Positions 13,156 to 25,734 of a stretch of DNA of 64,000 nt are shown piece by piece; position 1 is the first letter of the stretch, and every line of letters starts with the position of its first letter. Under the pieces are notes generated by a model. That model was not told the DNA's origin. It saw nothing but the letters and a program-made list of their open reading frames with translations, and did no database searches. Both the position numbers and the translations under genes were made by a program. Source of the DNA: Mobula hypostoma (Eukaryota); the NCBI RefSeq assembly GCF_963921235.1, contig NC_086108.1, positions 2,976,001 through 3,040,000 of the forward strand, written 5' to 3'.

Positions 13156-13582
13156 CTCATGCTGCTGCAGTCAACTCAACTAAACTTTTAAGTTCCCAGT
13201 ACAATACTGCAAAAAAAAACTGTAATTAGAACACTCATTTATTTATTGAGATAGAAAGTGGAATAGGCCTTTCACACCACTCACCCTCTGATTTAATCCT
13301 AGCCTAATCACTGGACAATTTACAATGACCAATTAACCTACCTACTGGTAGCTTTTTGGACTGTGGGAGGAAACCAGAGCACCCGGCAGAAACGCACGTT
13401 GTCACGGGGAGAACGTACAAACTCCTACGGGCAGCAGCAGGAATTGAACTTGGGTCACCTGTACTGTGAAGCGTTGTGCTAACCACTATGCTACTATGCC
13501 CGCCCTTCATATGATCACTAAGTGTTCACCTCCACAAACTTCTGTCACTTGCCCTGTCTCATTCCCTAATCACAGATCACGG

Positions 13583-13966
13583 TGGGTGGCAGGTTGGAGA
13601 TATTACCCCCACCAAAGGAGGCATAAGGCGCTCTTCCCTCTGCTAGCCTGAAAGTCAATCTTGGGCATAGCACCACCCCCACCCCCACAACTGATCAGGG
13701 TCAGTGAAGCCACGGGAGCAGGTGGGGGATGGTCATATGAGCAACTGGTACATATCACAAGTCCTGGTTATGTGACCACTGACATCAGGCAGACAATCCC
13801 CGAAGAGTATTGATAATGGCTGGGGTCACCTGTCTTGTAAAGACACTGCCCAGAAGGCAATGACAAACCACTTCTGTCGAAAAAAAAAATTTCCAAGAAC
13901 AATCATGGTCACAGGAAGACAGTGATCACGCATGTCATATGACACGGCATATGACGATGATGATGA
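13583..13966 (+). mobile_element. SINE-like element with a structured head and (GAT)n tail, probably RTE-mobilised
   Basis: Starts GGGTGGCAGG.TGGAGAT and ends GATGATGATGAT. Other copies at about 36484-36865 (+), 37595-37965 (-), 40893-41255 (-) and 63765-64000 (+). Confidence 0.7.
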
Positions 13967-14985
13967 TTTTCAAGCAGGGATAGGACAGATGTACAGCACA
14001 TGCGGCTGGCTAGATCGTTCTTCCAGAGAGTAACCACGGCAGAACGATGTACTTTTATATCACTGCTTCTCTAACTCACAGTCAGCTTTTGATGGTCCTG
14101 TCTGTGATACCCAGGCCCTCTCTTACATCCAACTGATCAGACTGAACACAGTAAAGCAAAAGACCTATTCGGATGGAGAAGAATACTAGGAAAAGAAAGA
14201 ACAAAGTAAGTCCATAGCAATATACAAAACACTAGAAGAACTCAGCAGGACAAGCAGCATCTATGGTGGGAAAAGGGCAGTCGACATTGCAGGTTGAGAC
14301 TGGAAAGAAAGTGGGGAAATAGCCAACACAGAAAGGTAAGGGAAGGGGGTAGAGCAAGAGTTGGGTAACAGGTGAATCCAGGATTGTGGGGGGAGGAATG
14401 ATAGCCGGAGGGGGAAGGCAAGAGTGGGAATGATAAACACAAGGGATTCTCCAGTCACTGGAAATCCAAAGAAAAGCATAAAAAATGTTGAAGGAACTCA
14501 GCAAGTCAGGTAGCTTATGTGGAGAGGAATAGGCAATCTATGTTTCTGGCTGAGACCCTCCATCAGGACTAGAAAGGTAGGAGGAAGAAACGAAATTAGG
14601 AAGGTGGGTAGAAGTTGGGAGGTGATAGGTGAGACCAAGTGAGGGAGGAAAGTGGGTGGGCGGGGAGGGGGACGAAGTGAGAACCTGGGAGGTGATGGTT
14701 GGAAGAAGTAAAGAACTGAAGCAGAGGGAATCTGATAGGAGAGGAGAGTGGACAATGGGAGAAAGTAAGGGAGGTGAAGATGGGAACTTGAGCGAGGAGT
14801 GTGTTGGTGATAGGCAGATTGAGAGAGCAGGGGAGGAGAAAAAGGATGATGGGGCTAGTGGGATTCAGAATTATCACTGGAATATGACATAAAACTGATT
14901 ATTTTACAGCAGCATTTTCTTAAGAAACTTATACTGGAACTAGACAGCATCCATCAGAATAGATAGATAGATAGACAGACAGACA

Positions 14986-16097
14986 TACTTTATTGATCCC
15001 GAAGGAAATTAGGTTTCATTACAGTTGCATCAACCAAGAACGGAGTACAAACATAGCAATACAAAAACCACAAACAATCAAATAATAATATGTAAACCAT
15101 GCCAGACAGAAATAAGTCCAGGACCAGCCCATTTGCCCAGGGTGTCCAACCCTCCAAGGGAGGAGCTGCAAAGTTTGATGGCCATAGGCAGGCATGACTT
15201 CTCATGACACTCAGTGCTGCATCCTGGTGGAATGAGTCTCTGGCTGAATGTACTCCTGTGCCCAAAGGTATAAATGATGTTACACGCCGACGTTGGGTTG
15301 GCAGAGGGAGGGACGTACACAACAACCACAATTGCATGTGAGATTTCCCTTGGCAAATAATAAGGCGGAGTCCAACAGCAAAAAGTTCAATATCCAGGCT
15401 ACAGACACGTTCCTTGATCGTAATATGACCAGGATTGCACCATCTGTTTGTTAACCTGCACAGCAAGCCCCCCCCCTCCTTTACGCTTACCGCTTTCAGT
15501 GCACTTTCGGTCAGCCCGAACGGTCTGGAAGCCCTTTATGGAAACGTTTTGGTCGGGTATGTCCTCGTGCAGCCACGTTTCAGTAAAACACATAACACTG
15601 CTCTCCCGAAATGTTCCCTGACTCCTGGCTAGCGCCATCAACTCGTCCATTTTATTACCCAGCGATCTCACATTGCCCATAATGAGAGAGGGGCGACACG
15701 GCTTATAACTCCTCTTCTCCATAAGTCTCTGTTGTCTCGACCCGGTCCTCTTCCCTCGCCTTTTTGATCCCCCTCTGCATCTTCTGTGTGTTTTCCTCCA
15801 GATTTCAGCAGGGGTGTCCGCCGTTCTGCTCGCTAAACCGGCCGGCACAAGCACAATCAGCTGGTCCCTGGAATAAACAATGCGGCCATACTGCTGCCCC
15901 GCTAATGAGTCGAGTCCAAATGTAACTGTTTACAGCGCTAAAAACCCAAACAAACCTCTCTCTACCAGCAAGTTAGAGAGGGTACAGCTTCAACGTGATA
16001 CCGTGAAAAAAAAATACAACAAATAACCTAAGTTAAAAAGTAAGAAAACTAGTCAGAGCGGCTGTAACAGGCTGCATGCGCGACCGGCGCATGCGCA
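14986..16097 (-). mobile_element. Internally deleted Rex1/Babar LINE
   Basis: APE endonuclease start (GNVRSL.NKMDEL, CFTETWL, RADR, GGG.AV) joined at about 15265 to the ORF2 C-terminus (GHRSTFSQRLIPP...AIKL), then AATAAA and a (CTAT/CTGT)n tail. Confidence 0.8.
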
Positions 16098-16099
16098 CT

Positions 16100-17045
16100 A
16101 ATAGAAGCAGAAGTGAGTGAGTATGTGAATATCATGAGAGGGGTCAGGCAAGGTTGTGTCTTCTCACCAGACTTATTCAACCTGTATAGTGAAAATATCT
16201 TGAGAAGTATCAAAGACATCAAAGGATTCACAATTGGAGGCCATAATATAAATAACATCAGGTATGCTGATGACATCGTACTAATAGCTGACTCAGAAAC
16301 AAAACTTCAAGAACTACTCACTATAGTGGCAGCAGAAAGTAATCACAGAGGCCTCTCAATCAACACCAAGAAGACAGAAAGCATAGTCATCTCCAGAAAG
16401 ACAAACATCCCACAATGTGATCAAGATCGGAAATACAAACATCAAACAAGTCACCAAATTCAGATATCTTGGCAGCGTAATAACAAGTAATGGCAGGTGC
16501 GACAGAGATATCAAATACAGAATAGCAATGGCGAAAGAAGCTTTCCAAAAAATGAAGACCATATTAACAGACAGAAGGATGAGCACGCACACTAAAAACA
16601 GAACACTGCAGTGCTACATTTATTCTATCCTGACTTATGGAAGTGAATGCTGGACCATTTCCCCAGCAATGGAAAAGAGACTAGAAGCAGCTGAATTATG
16701 GTTCTACAGGAGAATGTTAAAAATATCATGGACCACACACACATCAAATGAAGAAGTTCTCAGAAGAGCCCAAGCAGTTCGATCACTCATACCAACAATA
16801 CGAGAAAGACCACTCCGATTCCTAGGACGCATCATGCAGAAAGATGAACTAGAAAAACTCATACTCTCTGGAAAGATTGAGGGCAGCAAACCTAGAGGAA
16901 GACCTCAGCTTATGTACATCAAAAGCCTAGCCAGGTGGCTACACATCGAGGAAATGGAAGCCATCCAAAAAACGAAGGATAGATGTATATGGAAAACCGT
17001 GGTCACCAAAGTCCGCATCGGATACGGTACCTAGACAGACAGATA
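16100..17045 (+). mobile_element. RTE-clade LINE, 5'-truncated
   Basis: RT motifs [14 protein letters not shown] and RYADD, then FRYLGS, YGSECW and RPLRFLGRI; one frameshift near 16417; (AGAC)n tail. Confidence 0.88.
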
Positions 17046-17486
17046 GTATATGCAAAAGCATAAAAATCTATAAATTACAAAAATATATAAGTAGTGCAAA
17101 AAAGGAAAAACAAATTAGAGTCTGATGAAGTTTTCAGCCCAAAACATCAACTGTTTACTCTGTTCCATAAATACTGCCTGACCTGCTGAGTTCCTGCACC
17201 ATTTTGTGTGAATACTAGAGTAGAGCTCCTGGGCTGTTCAGAAATCCAATGGCAGAAGGGTACAAGCTATCCCTAAGTTGTTGAGTGTGGATCTTCAGGT
17301 ACCCCTACCTCCTCTCTGAGGGTATTAACACGAGGAAAAACATAATACCTTAAAATACTGTTGCAGAATTAGGCCATTTGGCCCATTGAGTCTGTTCTGC
17401 CATTTCATCATGGCTGATCCATTTTCCCTCTCAGCCCCAATCTCCTGCCTACTCCCTGATTCCCTCATGCCCTGATCAATCAAGAA

Positions 17487-18400
17487 TGATGATCAACACT
17501 GGTGCACCTCAGGTTGTGTGCTTAGCCCACTGCTCTACTCTCTATATACCCATGACTGTGTGGCTAGGCATAGCTCAAATACCATCTACAAATTTGCTGA
17601 TGATATAACCATTGTTGGTAGAATCTCAGGTGGTAACGAGAGGGTGTACAGGAGTGAGATATGCCAATTAGTGGAGTGGTGCCACAGCAACAACCTGGCA
17701 CTCAACGTCAGTACGACGAAAGAGCGACTATGGAGTCCAGGAAGGGTAAGACGAAGGAACACATACCAATCCTCATAGAGGGATCAGATGTGGAGAGAGA
17801 GAGTTCCTAGGTGTCAAGATCTCCGAGGAGCTAACCTGGTCCCAACATATCAATGCAGCTATAAAGAAGGCAAGACAGTGACTATACTACATTAGGAGTT
17901 TGAAGAGATTTGATATGTCAACAAATACACTCAAAAACTTCTACAGATGTACCGTGGAGAGCATACTGACAGGCTGCATCACTGTCTGGCATGGGGGGGG
18001 GGGGGCTACTGCACAGGATTGAAAGAAGATGCAGAGGGTCGCAAATTTAGTTGGCTCCATCTTGGGTACTAGCCTACAAAGTACCCAGGATATCTTCAGG
18101 GAGTGGTGTCTCAGAAGGGCAGTGTCCATTATTAAGGGCCCCAGCACCCAGGGCATGCCCTTTTCTCACAGTTATCATTAGGTAGGAGGTACAGAAATCC
18201 GAAAGCACACACTCAGTGATTCAGGAACAGCTTCTTCCCCGCGGCATTGGATTCCTATATAGACATTGAACCTGTGAACACTAACTCGCTTTTTTGGTAT
18301 ATATTATTTCTGTTTTTGCATGATTTTTAATCTATTCAATATAATTACACTACTAAGTTAACAAATTTCATGATGCATACTGGCGGACAAACCTGATTCC
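17487..18400 (+). mobile_element. Rex1/Babar(L2-group)-like LINE 3' fragment
   Basis: GCVLSPLLYSLYTHDC...KFADD RT motifs; a closely related copy is at 60845-61592 (-). Confidence 0.8.
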
Positions 18401-19475
18401 ATCAACCTCTGCCTTAAATATGCCCAATGACTTGGCCTCCACAACTGCCAATGGCAGCAATTTCCACAGATTCACCACTCTCTGGCCAAAGAAATTCTCA
18501 GCTCCATTCTAAAAAGACACTCCCCATTCTGAGGCTGTGTCCTCTGGTCTTAAGACTCCCCCCTACCGTATGAAACATCCTCTCCACATCCACTCTGTCG
18601 AAGCCTTTCACCATTTGTCATGTTTCAATGTGATTTCCCATCATGATTTGTCTGAATTCCACTGAGTACAGACCCAGGGCCATCAAACACCCCTCACATA
18701 ACAAGCCTTTCAATCCCAGAATCATTTTAGTGAACCTACTTCAAACCCCTTCCAATGTCAGCAAATATTTTCTTAGAATAGGGGCCAAAACTGCTCAGAT
18801 TACTCTAAGTGAGGCCTTGGCAAGGTGGGGGGGGGGGCAGGGAAGGAGGGATCATCTGAAGTTAGTGAAGTCTAACGAAGAGTGTATGATTGTATGGTGC
18901 ACAGGTAAAATTAATAGGTCAAAGGGGTGGTAATGCAAGGTGAAACAGCAGAACCAGAGATGGTATTTAAGAAGACAGCAGATGCTGGAAATCTGTGTTG
19001 TAGAGGAATTCAGCAGGTCAGGCAGCACTTCTGGAGGAGAACATGGTCACGTTTCAACATGAGACTCTTCATTGGAACTGGTCTGCCCATTGCCTACCTC
19101 TGGTGCCACCCTTTCCTCCCATGGTCCACTGTATTCCCCTATCAGAATCCATCTTTTTCAGTCTCTTACCGCTTTCATCTATCACCTCCCAGCTTCATCC
19201 CCTCTTCCCCAACCCACCTTCCACTCACCTACCAGCTTACACTCTTCTCCCTCCGTCCACCACCACCTTTTTATTCTGTCTTCTACCCCCTTCCTTTCGA
19301 GTCTGATTACTCCAACCTGACCTGCTCAGGTTGTGTTTATGGGTGTGTGTTCCTCAAGATTTTCAGCATCTGTAGAATTTCCTGTGTTTATAATATCAGT
19401 TTGTTCATTTTAGTGTATGTTACTACAGGCGCCTACGCGGGGTGATCAGGCGAGCACTTTATCGATGGAACCTAC

Positions 19476-19724
19476 TATATCAGACACATCTTCACCGGTC
19501 AGCTCCCCCTTGCGATTCCGCACATTGTCCAGCAGCGCCTGCGTCTGACTGCAGACAAGCCCCATGTCCAGCCGGGGCCTGTCCGAGTAGCCGTCCCTCA
19601 CATGGTCGTACAGGCTGCTCCTGCTGCACCAGCGCCCGACCGGAGGAGCCCAGCCATGGGAAGGGGAACGGAGCCAACATCGAGCACAGAGCCGCCACAC
19701 TTCCCTCCACCTGCCGCCCGCCAT
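19476..19724 (-). CDS. SARS2: Mitochondrial seryl-tRNA synthetase, coding exon 1
   Basis: ATG at 19724 gives MAGGRWREVWRLCARCWLRSPSHG...LYDHVRDGYSDRPRLDMGLVCSQTQALLDNVRNRKGELTGEDVSDI. This is an Arg/Trp-rich presequence-like start followed by a match to human SARS2 LYEYAREGYSALPQLD...RKGEL. The exon ends at a phase-0 GTAGGT donor and lies in a CpG-rich region. Confidence 0.92.
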
Positions 19725-19744
19725 CTCGATGACCTTCGACACGA

Positions 19745-19965
19745 TGACGTAGTTGCTGCTCTACCAATCAACAGTTCGTCATCTCACCGTCCTTTGATAC
19801 CCGCCCCATTCCGTGACATCATTACCCCTTCCACCAATCATAAACCCGTCTTTTTTTCGGCTCGGCGTCAGTAACCGCCCAACTCCATGACGTACTAACT
19901 CATTCACCAATCAGCCCGCCGGTCGGTGACGTAAGGCTCAAGGCGGACTGGTCTCACGTGATGAG
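19745..19965 (-). promoter_or_regulatory. SARS2 proximal promoter (CCAAT/CRE/GC-box/E-box cluster)
   Basis: ACCAATCA with CCAAT at 19764, 19834 and 19907; TGACGTA at 19745, 19888 and 19927; CCGCCC boxes; TCACGTGA at 19954. CpG-rich and directly upstream of the ATG. Confidence 0.75.
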
Positions 19966-20007
19966 CCGTCAAATTCAATTGGAAAAGTCAAACAAATACA
20001 TAAATAC

Positions 20008-20742
20008 AAGTGAGTCAGCTGGGGTGATATACTGCGTCCGGTGCTCCCGATGTGGCCTTTTATATATTAGCGAGACCCGACGCAGACTGGGAGATCGCTT
20101 TGCTGAACATCTACACTCTGTCCGCCAGAGAAAGCAGGATCTCCCAGTGGCCACACATTTTAATTCCACATCCCATTCCCATTCTGACATGTCTATCCAC
20201 GGCCTCCTCTACTGTAAAGATGAAGCCACACTCAGGTTGGAGGAACAACACCTTATATTCCGTCTGGGTAGCCTCCAACCTGATGGCATGAACATTGACT
20301 TCTCTAACTTCCGCTAGGCCCCACCTCCCCCTCGTACCCCATCTGTTACTCTTTTTTATGCACACATTCTTTCTCTCACTCTCCTTTTTCTCCCTCTGTC
20401 CCTCTGAATATACCCCTTGCCCATCCTCTGGGTCCCCCTCCCCCGTCTTTCTTCCCGGACCTCCTGTCCCATGATCCTCTCGTATCCCTTTTGCCTATCA
20501 CCTGTCCAGCTCTTGGCTCCATCCCTCCCCCTCCTGTCTTCTCGTATCATTTTGCATCTCCCCCTCCCCTTCCAGCTTTCAAATCCCTTACTCACTCTTC
20601 CTTCAGTTAGTCCTGACGAAGGGTCTCGGCCTGAAACGTCGACTGTACCTCTTCCTATAGATGCTGCCTGGCCTGCTGCGTTCACCAGCAACTTTGATGT
20701 GTGTTGTTTGAATTTCCAGCATCTGCAGAATTCCTGTTGTTT
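20008..20742 (+). mobile_element. Penelope-like element 3' part (GIY-YIG endonuclease plus pseudo-LTR)
   Basis: GVIYCVRCSRCGLLYISETRRRLGDRFAEHL...VATHFNS...RLEEQHLIFRLGSLQPDGMN is a PLE GIY-YIG domain with an uninterrupted frame to 20317. Confidence 0.9.
20609..20644 (+). ncRNA. Minimal type-I hammerhead ribozyme motif in PLE
   Basis: AGTC-CTGACGA-AGG(GTCTCGG)CCT-GAAA-CG-TC-GACT: catalytic core, stem I AGTC/GACT, stem II AGG/CCT, and a palindromic ACGT in place of stem III. Confidence 0.7.
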
Positions 20743-21174
20743 ATTATCAAAGTATATATGTCACCATCCACTGCACTGTTGCCGGGCAGTAACTGAAATG
20801 CTTCCGTATGTATAACCTTTGTTGCCGTATGGCCGGAATATTCTTTTATATAATGTTTAACTAAAATGGTGCACAGTTTTCAGGCCGTGTAAATATTTCA
20901 TACTCAGAGCAATAGTTGGTCTGTGCAGCGTAAAAAAAAATAGAGGGACTGGTGTATGCTACCCTGAGATTCACTTTCTTGCAGGCATTCACAGTAAACA
21001 CAAATGAAGACAATAGAACCAATGAAAGACAGCATGCAAACAAAGATGCATAAACAGCCAATGTGCAACAGAAAACCTTTGTGCAACTGTAAAAAAAAAC
21101 AATAAATAAGTAATAAATATTGAATCAATGACTTGTAGAATCCTTGAAAATGAGTCCATTAGTTGACTGTTCCA

Positions 21175-21446
21175 GTGAGTGTAGTTATCCACACTGGCTT
21201 AGGAGCCTGATGGTTGTGGGGTAATAACTGTTCCTGAACCTGGTGGTGTGGGACCTGAGGCTCATTGTGGTGAGTGAAGTTATCCACACTGGTTCAGGAG
21301 CCTGATGGTTGTGGGGTAATAACTGTTCCTGAACCTGGTGGTGTGGGACCTGAGGCTCATTGTGGTGAGTGAAGTTATCCACACTGGTTCAGGAGCCTGA
21401 TGGTTGTGGGGTAATAACTGTTCCTGAACCTGGTGGTGTGGGACCG
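21175..21446. repeat. 95-bp tandem array, about 3 copies, in a second LINE 3' end
   Basis: Same unit and junction as 2936-4162. Confidence 0.95.
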
Positions 21447-21682
21447 AAGACTCCTGTACCTCCTTCCTGAAGGGAGCAGCAAGAATGGAGCATAACCTAG
21501 ATGGTGGGGATCCTTGAGGATCGATGCTGTGTTCTGTGACAGTGCTCCTTGTACATGTACTCAATGGACTTTACCTGTGGTAGGCTGTATCGACAAATTT
21601 TTGTAGCATTTCCATTCAAGAACATTGTTTTTTTTAAGTTCAAGTTTAACTGTCATTCAACCAAACATTAATACCCATTAAT

Positions 21683-22455
21683 AAGAACATAAGAACATAA
21701 GAAGTAGGAGCAGGAGTAAGCCGTCCGGCCCATCGAGCCTCCCCCGCCATTCAATAAGATCATGGCAAATCTGTCCGTAAACTCAGCTCCATCTACCTGC
21801 CTCTTCCCCATCACCCTTAATTCTGTTACTATGTAAAAATCTATCTAACTGTTTCTTAAATATACTTAGTGAAGAAGCCTCAACTGCTTCCCCGGGCAGA
21901 TAATTCTACAGATTCACCACTCTCTGGGAAAAACAGTTTCTCCTCATCACCGTCCTAAATCTTCTCCCCTGAATCTTGAGGCAATGTCCCCAAGTTCTAG
22001 TCTCACCTACCAATGTAAACTACTTTCCTACTTCTATCTTATCTATCCCCGTTAAAATTTTGTATATTTCTATAAGGTCCCCTCTCATTCTTCTGAACTC
22101 CAGAGAGTATAGTCCCAGACGACTCAATCGCTCCTCATAGGTTAACCCCTTCATCTCTGGAATCAACCTGGTGAACCTCCTCTGCACTGCCTCCAAAGCC
22201 AGTATATCCTTCCTCAAGTATGGAGACCAGAACTGCACGCAGTACTCCAGGTGTGGCCTCACCAGTACCCTGTATAGTCGCAGCATGACCCCCCTGCTCT
22301 TGAATTCAATCCCTCTAGCAATGAAGGCCAACATTCCATTTATCTTCTTAATAACTTGTTGTACCTGCAAGCCAACTTCTTGCGATTCATGAACAAGCAC
22401 TCCCAAGTCCCTCTGCACAACAGCATGCTGCAATCTTTCACTATTTAATACAGCC
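21683..22455 (-). mobile_element. CR1 LINE 3' fragment
   Basis: ORF 22020-22457 reads LVRPHLEYCVQFWSPYLRKDILALEAVQRRFTRLIP; short 8-bp repeat tail (AAGAACAT)n on the plus strand. Confidence 0.9.
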
Positions 22456-22533
22456 AAATGAAACAGTGTAACTCTGAGGCCAAGTTACAAAACACAACAC
22501 CAACCATCCCTCACAGCACATAGCACATATAAG

Positions 22534-22717
22534 CAACACAACAAAATGCTGGTGGAATGCAGCAGGCCAGGCAGCATCCATTGGAAGAGGTACAGTTGAC
22601 CCTTCTTGGCCCGAAATGTCGACTGTACCTCTTCCAATAGATGCTGCCTGGCCTGCTGCGTTCACCATCATTTTGTGTGTGTTGCTTGAATTTTCAGCAT
22701 CTGCAGATTTCCTCGTG
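22534..22717. mobile_element. Fold-back PLE terminal fragment with 14-bp TSD
   Basis: Inverted arms 22531-22600 and 22618-22687; ATAGCACATATAAG at 22520 and 22718. Confidence 0.85.
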
Positions 22718-25700
22718 ATAGCACATATAAGATAGCAGTAAATTGCAGTCACACAAAAATACATAATCCAAGTCCCTGAGTCCATGTATATTGCAGCAGT
22801 CTGCAGTCAAACACAATACAGCTTGTCTTGGGCCAAGCGAACACTGGGGAAGGGTTGGTGGGGGGGGGGGAGTACTGACAACACACAGTTCATTGCCGTT
22901 TGCCAATAAACCAAAATATGAACTTGCAGCATTCCGCGCCTGCAGAAAGTAGAGATGCTGCCATGGTTTCTTTGTAGTGGCACTTACATGCCGGAACCAG
23001 GACTGATCCCTCAAAGTGGTAATGCAGAGGAATTTAAAATTTACTGACTCTCTACACCTCTAACCCTTGGCTCCTCGTTCCGTGGTCTGCTCTTTCGTTC
23101 TGCTGATGGCAAGTGAGAGGTTGGTGCAGTGACACCATTCTGACAAACTTTCGGTCCCGTTCCTGTCTGCTAATTTGTCACCACCTTTGATTCACCCAAC
23201 AACAGTGGTGTCACCAGCAAGCTTAGATATGACATTGGAGCTGTGCTTAGGCTTACAGTTTTAAGTGTAACGTGAGTAGAGCAGGGGGGTAAGCACACAG
23301 CCTTGTGGTGCACCTGGGCTGATGGAGATTCTGGAGAAGATGTTGTTGCCAATCTGAACTGACCGGGGTCTGTAAGTGAGAAAATCCAGGATCCATTTGC
23401 AGAAGGAGGTATTGAGGCCCAGGTCTTGGAGCTTATCGATTAGTTTCGAGAGAATGTGATAGTGTTGAATGCATATCTGTAGTCAATAAAGAGCATTCTG
23501 ATGTAAGCAAGATTTCTTAAGGTTAGATTATGAGAACACTCAGTCCTCTTTTATTGTCATTTAGAGATGCATACATGCATTAAGAAATGATACAATGTTT
23601 CTCCGGAGTGATATCACAGAAAACAGGACAAACCAAAGACTAACACTGACAGAACCACATAATTATACCATATAAGGTTGTCAGAGCCGGTGGAGGTAGT
23701 ATTAAATTCTCCCAATGGCACGTGCCTCAAATAGCCTCTAAGCCCAGAGGAACCATTTCTACTGACAGGAGAAGGGGCAAAAGTGGGTCACTGGCACCTT
23801 AAAACCAGTCGCTTCGGGCAGATGGTGCTCATCAGCCGTGGTTGTCAGCTTATGCAGCAGCAGGAAAACTCTGATCTCAAACCCCTGCTGCCTTTTGGCT
23901 ATGCACACTCATGGGGAAAGGCTTCAGGAGTCAACCCCCAAGGGGAAAATCAAGAACTGGAGTCCCTAAGGTAGTCCTATGTTGAGTTCAATGCTGACTG
24001 GCAACTCCTGCAACACCACTGGTGCCAAACTGCATTGGTCTCTGCCATTCCTTTGTACTTATCAGCTGCATGGAAAGGGGGAGCTTGTTGCATGGGGAAC
24101 AGCTTGCTCTCTGTATTGTACTGCCCTGGCTTGCGTATCACATAGAGAGCTAGCACGTAACATCCATGTTCGATCCTGACCAACGGACAGCCTCAGAGAT
24201 GTTTGCGTCTTCATTGTGCAGATGTTCCAATGTTAAAACATTAATATGAGTAATTTTGAGAAAGATCTAGTTAAGGAAGGGAGCCAAGTAGTTAGGTAGT
24301 GGTCATGGGTTCATCGGCCTTCCAGAAATCTGACTGTGGAAGGGAAGAAGAAGTCCTAAAACATCTTTAGACTCCTGTACCTCCTTCCTGATGGCAATAT
24401 TGAGGTGGGGCCATGTCCCGGATGGTGAGGGTCGCGGATGGTGGATGCTGCCTTTCCTGAGGCACCACTTTTGATGATAGCCTCAATAGTGGGGAGGCTG
24501 CTGTCTATGTTGGAGCTGACTGAGTTTACAACCCTCTGCAGCTTTTTTTCGATCCTGTGCATCAGCGCCTCCCTACCAGACATACCAAATCTCCTCCAAC
24601 ATACCTCTTAAAGAGGTATAGATGTCAGTGTGCCTTCTTCACCATTACATAAATATGTTGGGCCCAAGACAGATCCTCTGAGATGGAACTTGAAGCTGCT
24701 CGCCCTTTCTACTGCTGACCTGCTCATGAGGACTGGTGTGGGATCTCCCTATCCCCCTCTATCTTCCAGTCCAGATGAAGGGTCTTAACCTAAAATGTCA
24801 CCTGTCCATTTTCTCCCAACTTGCAATGACTTGTGCCTCCTACTCACTTGGCTTCACCTTATCAGAAATATTTCCTTTCTTCAACGTATAAGCTGGCCGC
24901 TGGTGGGGTGACATCACCACTAGACTTCAAGGTAAATGGCCCCGGGTTTGAATCCAGCCAGCTCCTTGCATGCTTTCCCTTGCTGCGTTAAGCATCAAGT
25001 TAGCACTCAGCTTCATAAAAGCAGACAAAAATGCAAAAGGAACAGTAAAGTTGCCACCCGATGAACCACAAGGTGTGGAAAAGAATAACCTATCCCGCTC
25101 CAACTGAAACTACCTTGTTATTTTTTTTTGGTCTTTTCCAGTTCTGATGACGATGTTCGGCCTGAAACATCACCTTTGTTGTTCTTTAACGTTGCTGCCC
25201 TGCTTGATGGGTGGAATTTCTATTGAGAAGATTCGGTACGTCTCCTGAACACACAAACACTTCTACAGTTGTGCCATGGAGAGCATTCCAACTGGCTGCC
25301 TCACCGTCCAGTATGGGGCTGTGACTGCACAGGATGAAACAAGCTGCAGAGAGCTGTAAACTCAGCCAGCTCCAGCACGGGCACCAGCCTCCCCAGCATC
25401 CAGTACATCTTCAAGGAGCGATGCTTCAAGAAGGCGGCATCCATCATTAAGGCCCCCATCTCATTGCTACCATCAGGAAGGAGGTACAGGAGCCTGAAGA
25501 CACACACTCAACGATTCAGGAACAGCTTCTTCTCCTCTGCCGTCCGATTTCTGAATGGACATTGAACCCATGAACACTAGCTCACTAGAATTTTCCACTA
25601 CTTATTTAATTTAACTAATTATCTGTACATATTTAGTGTAATTCACATTTTCTGTATTATTATGCATCACATTGTACTCCTGTCGCAAAGTCAACCATTT

Positions 25701-25734
25701 CACGACATATGCCGGTGATATTAAACCTGATTCT

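Noticed and set aside
19725..19742. Longer SARS2 N-terminus from the ORF track (MSKVIE)
   Set aside because: It starts at GTG; the first in-frame ATG is at 19724.
19958..20317. GIY-YIG ORF as a domesticated host gene
   Set aside because: It is 5'-truncated with no proper ATG and continues into a multi-copy PLE terminus that is near-identical to other young insertions.
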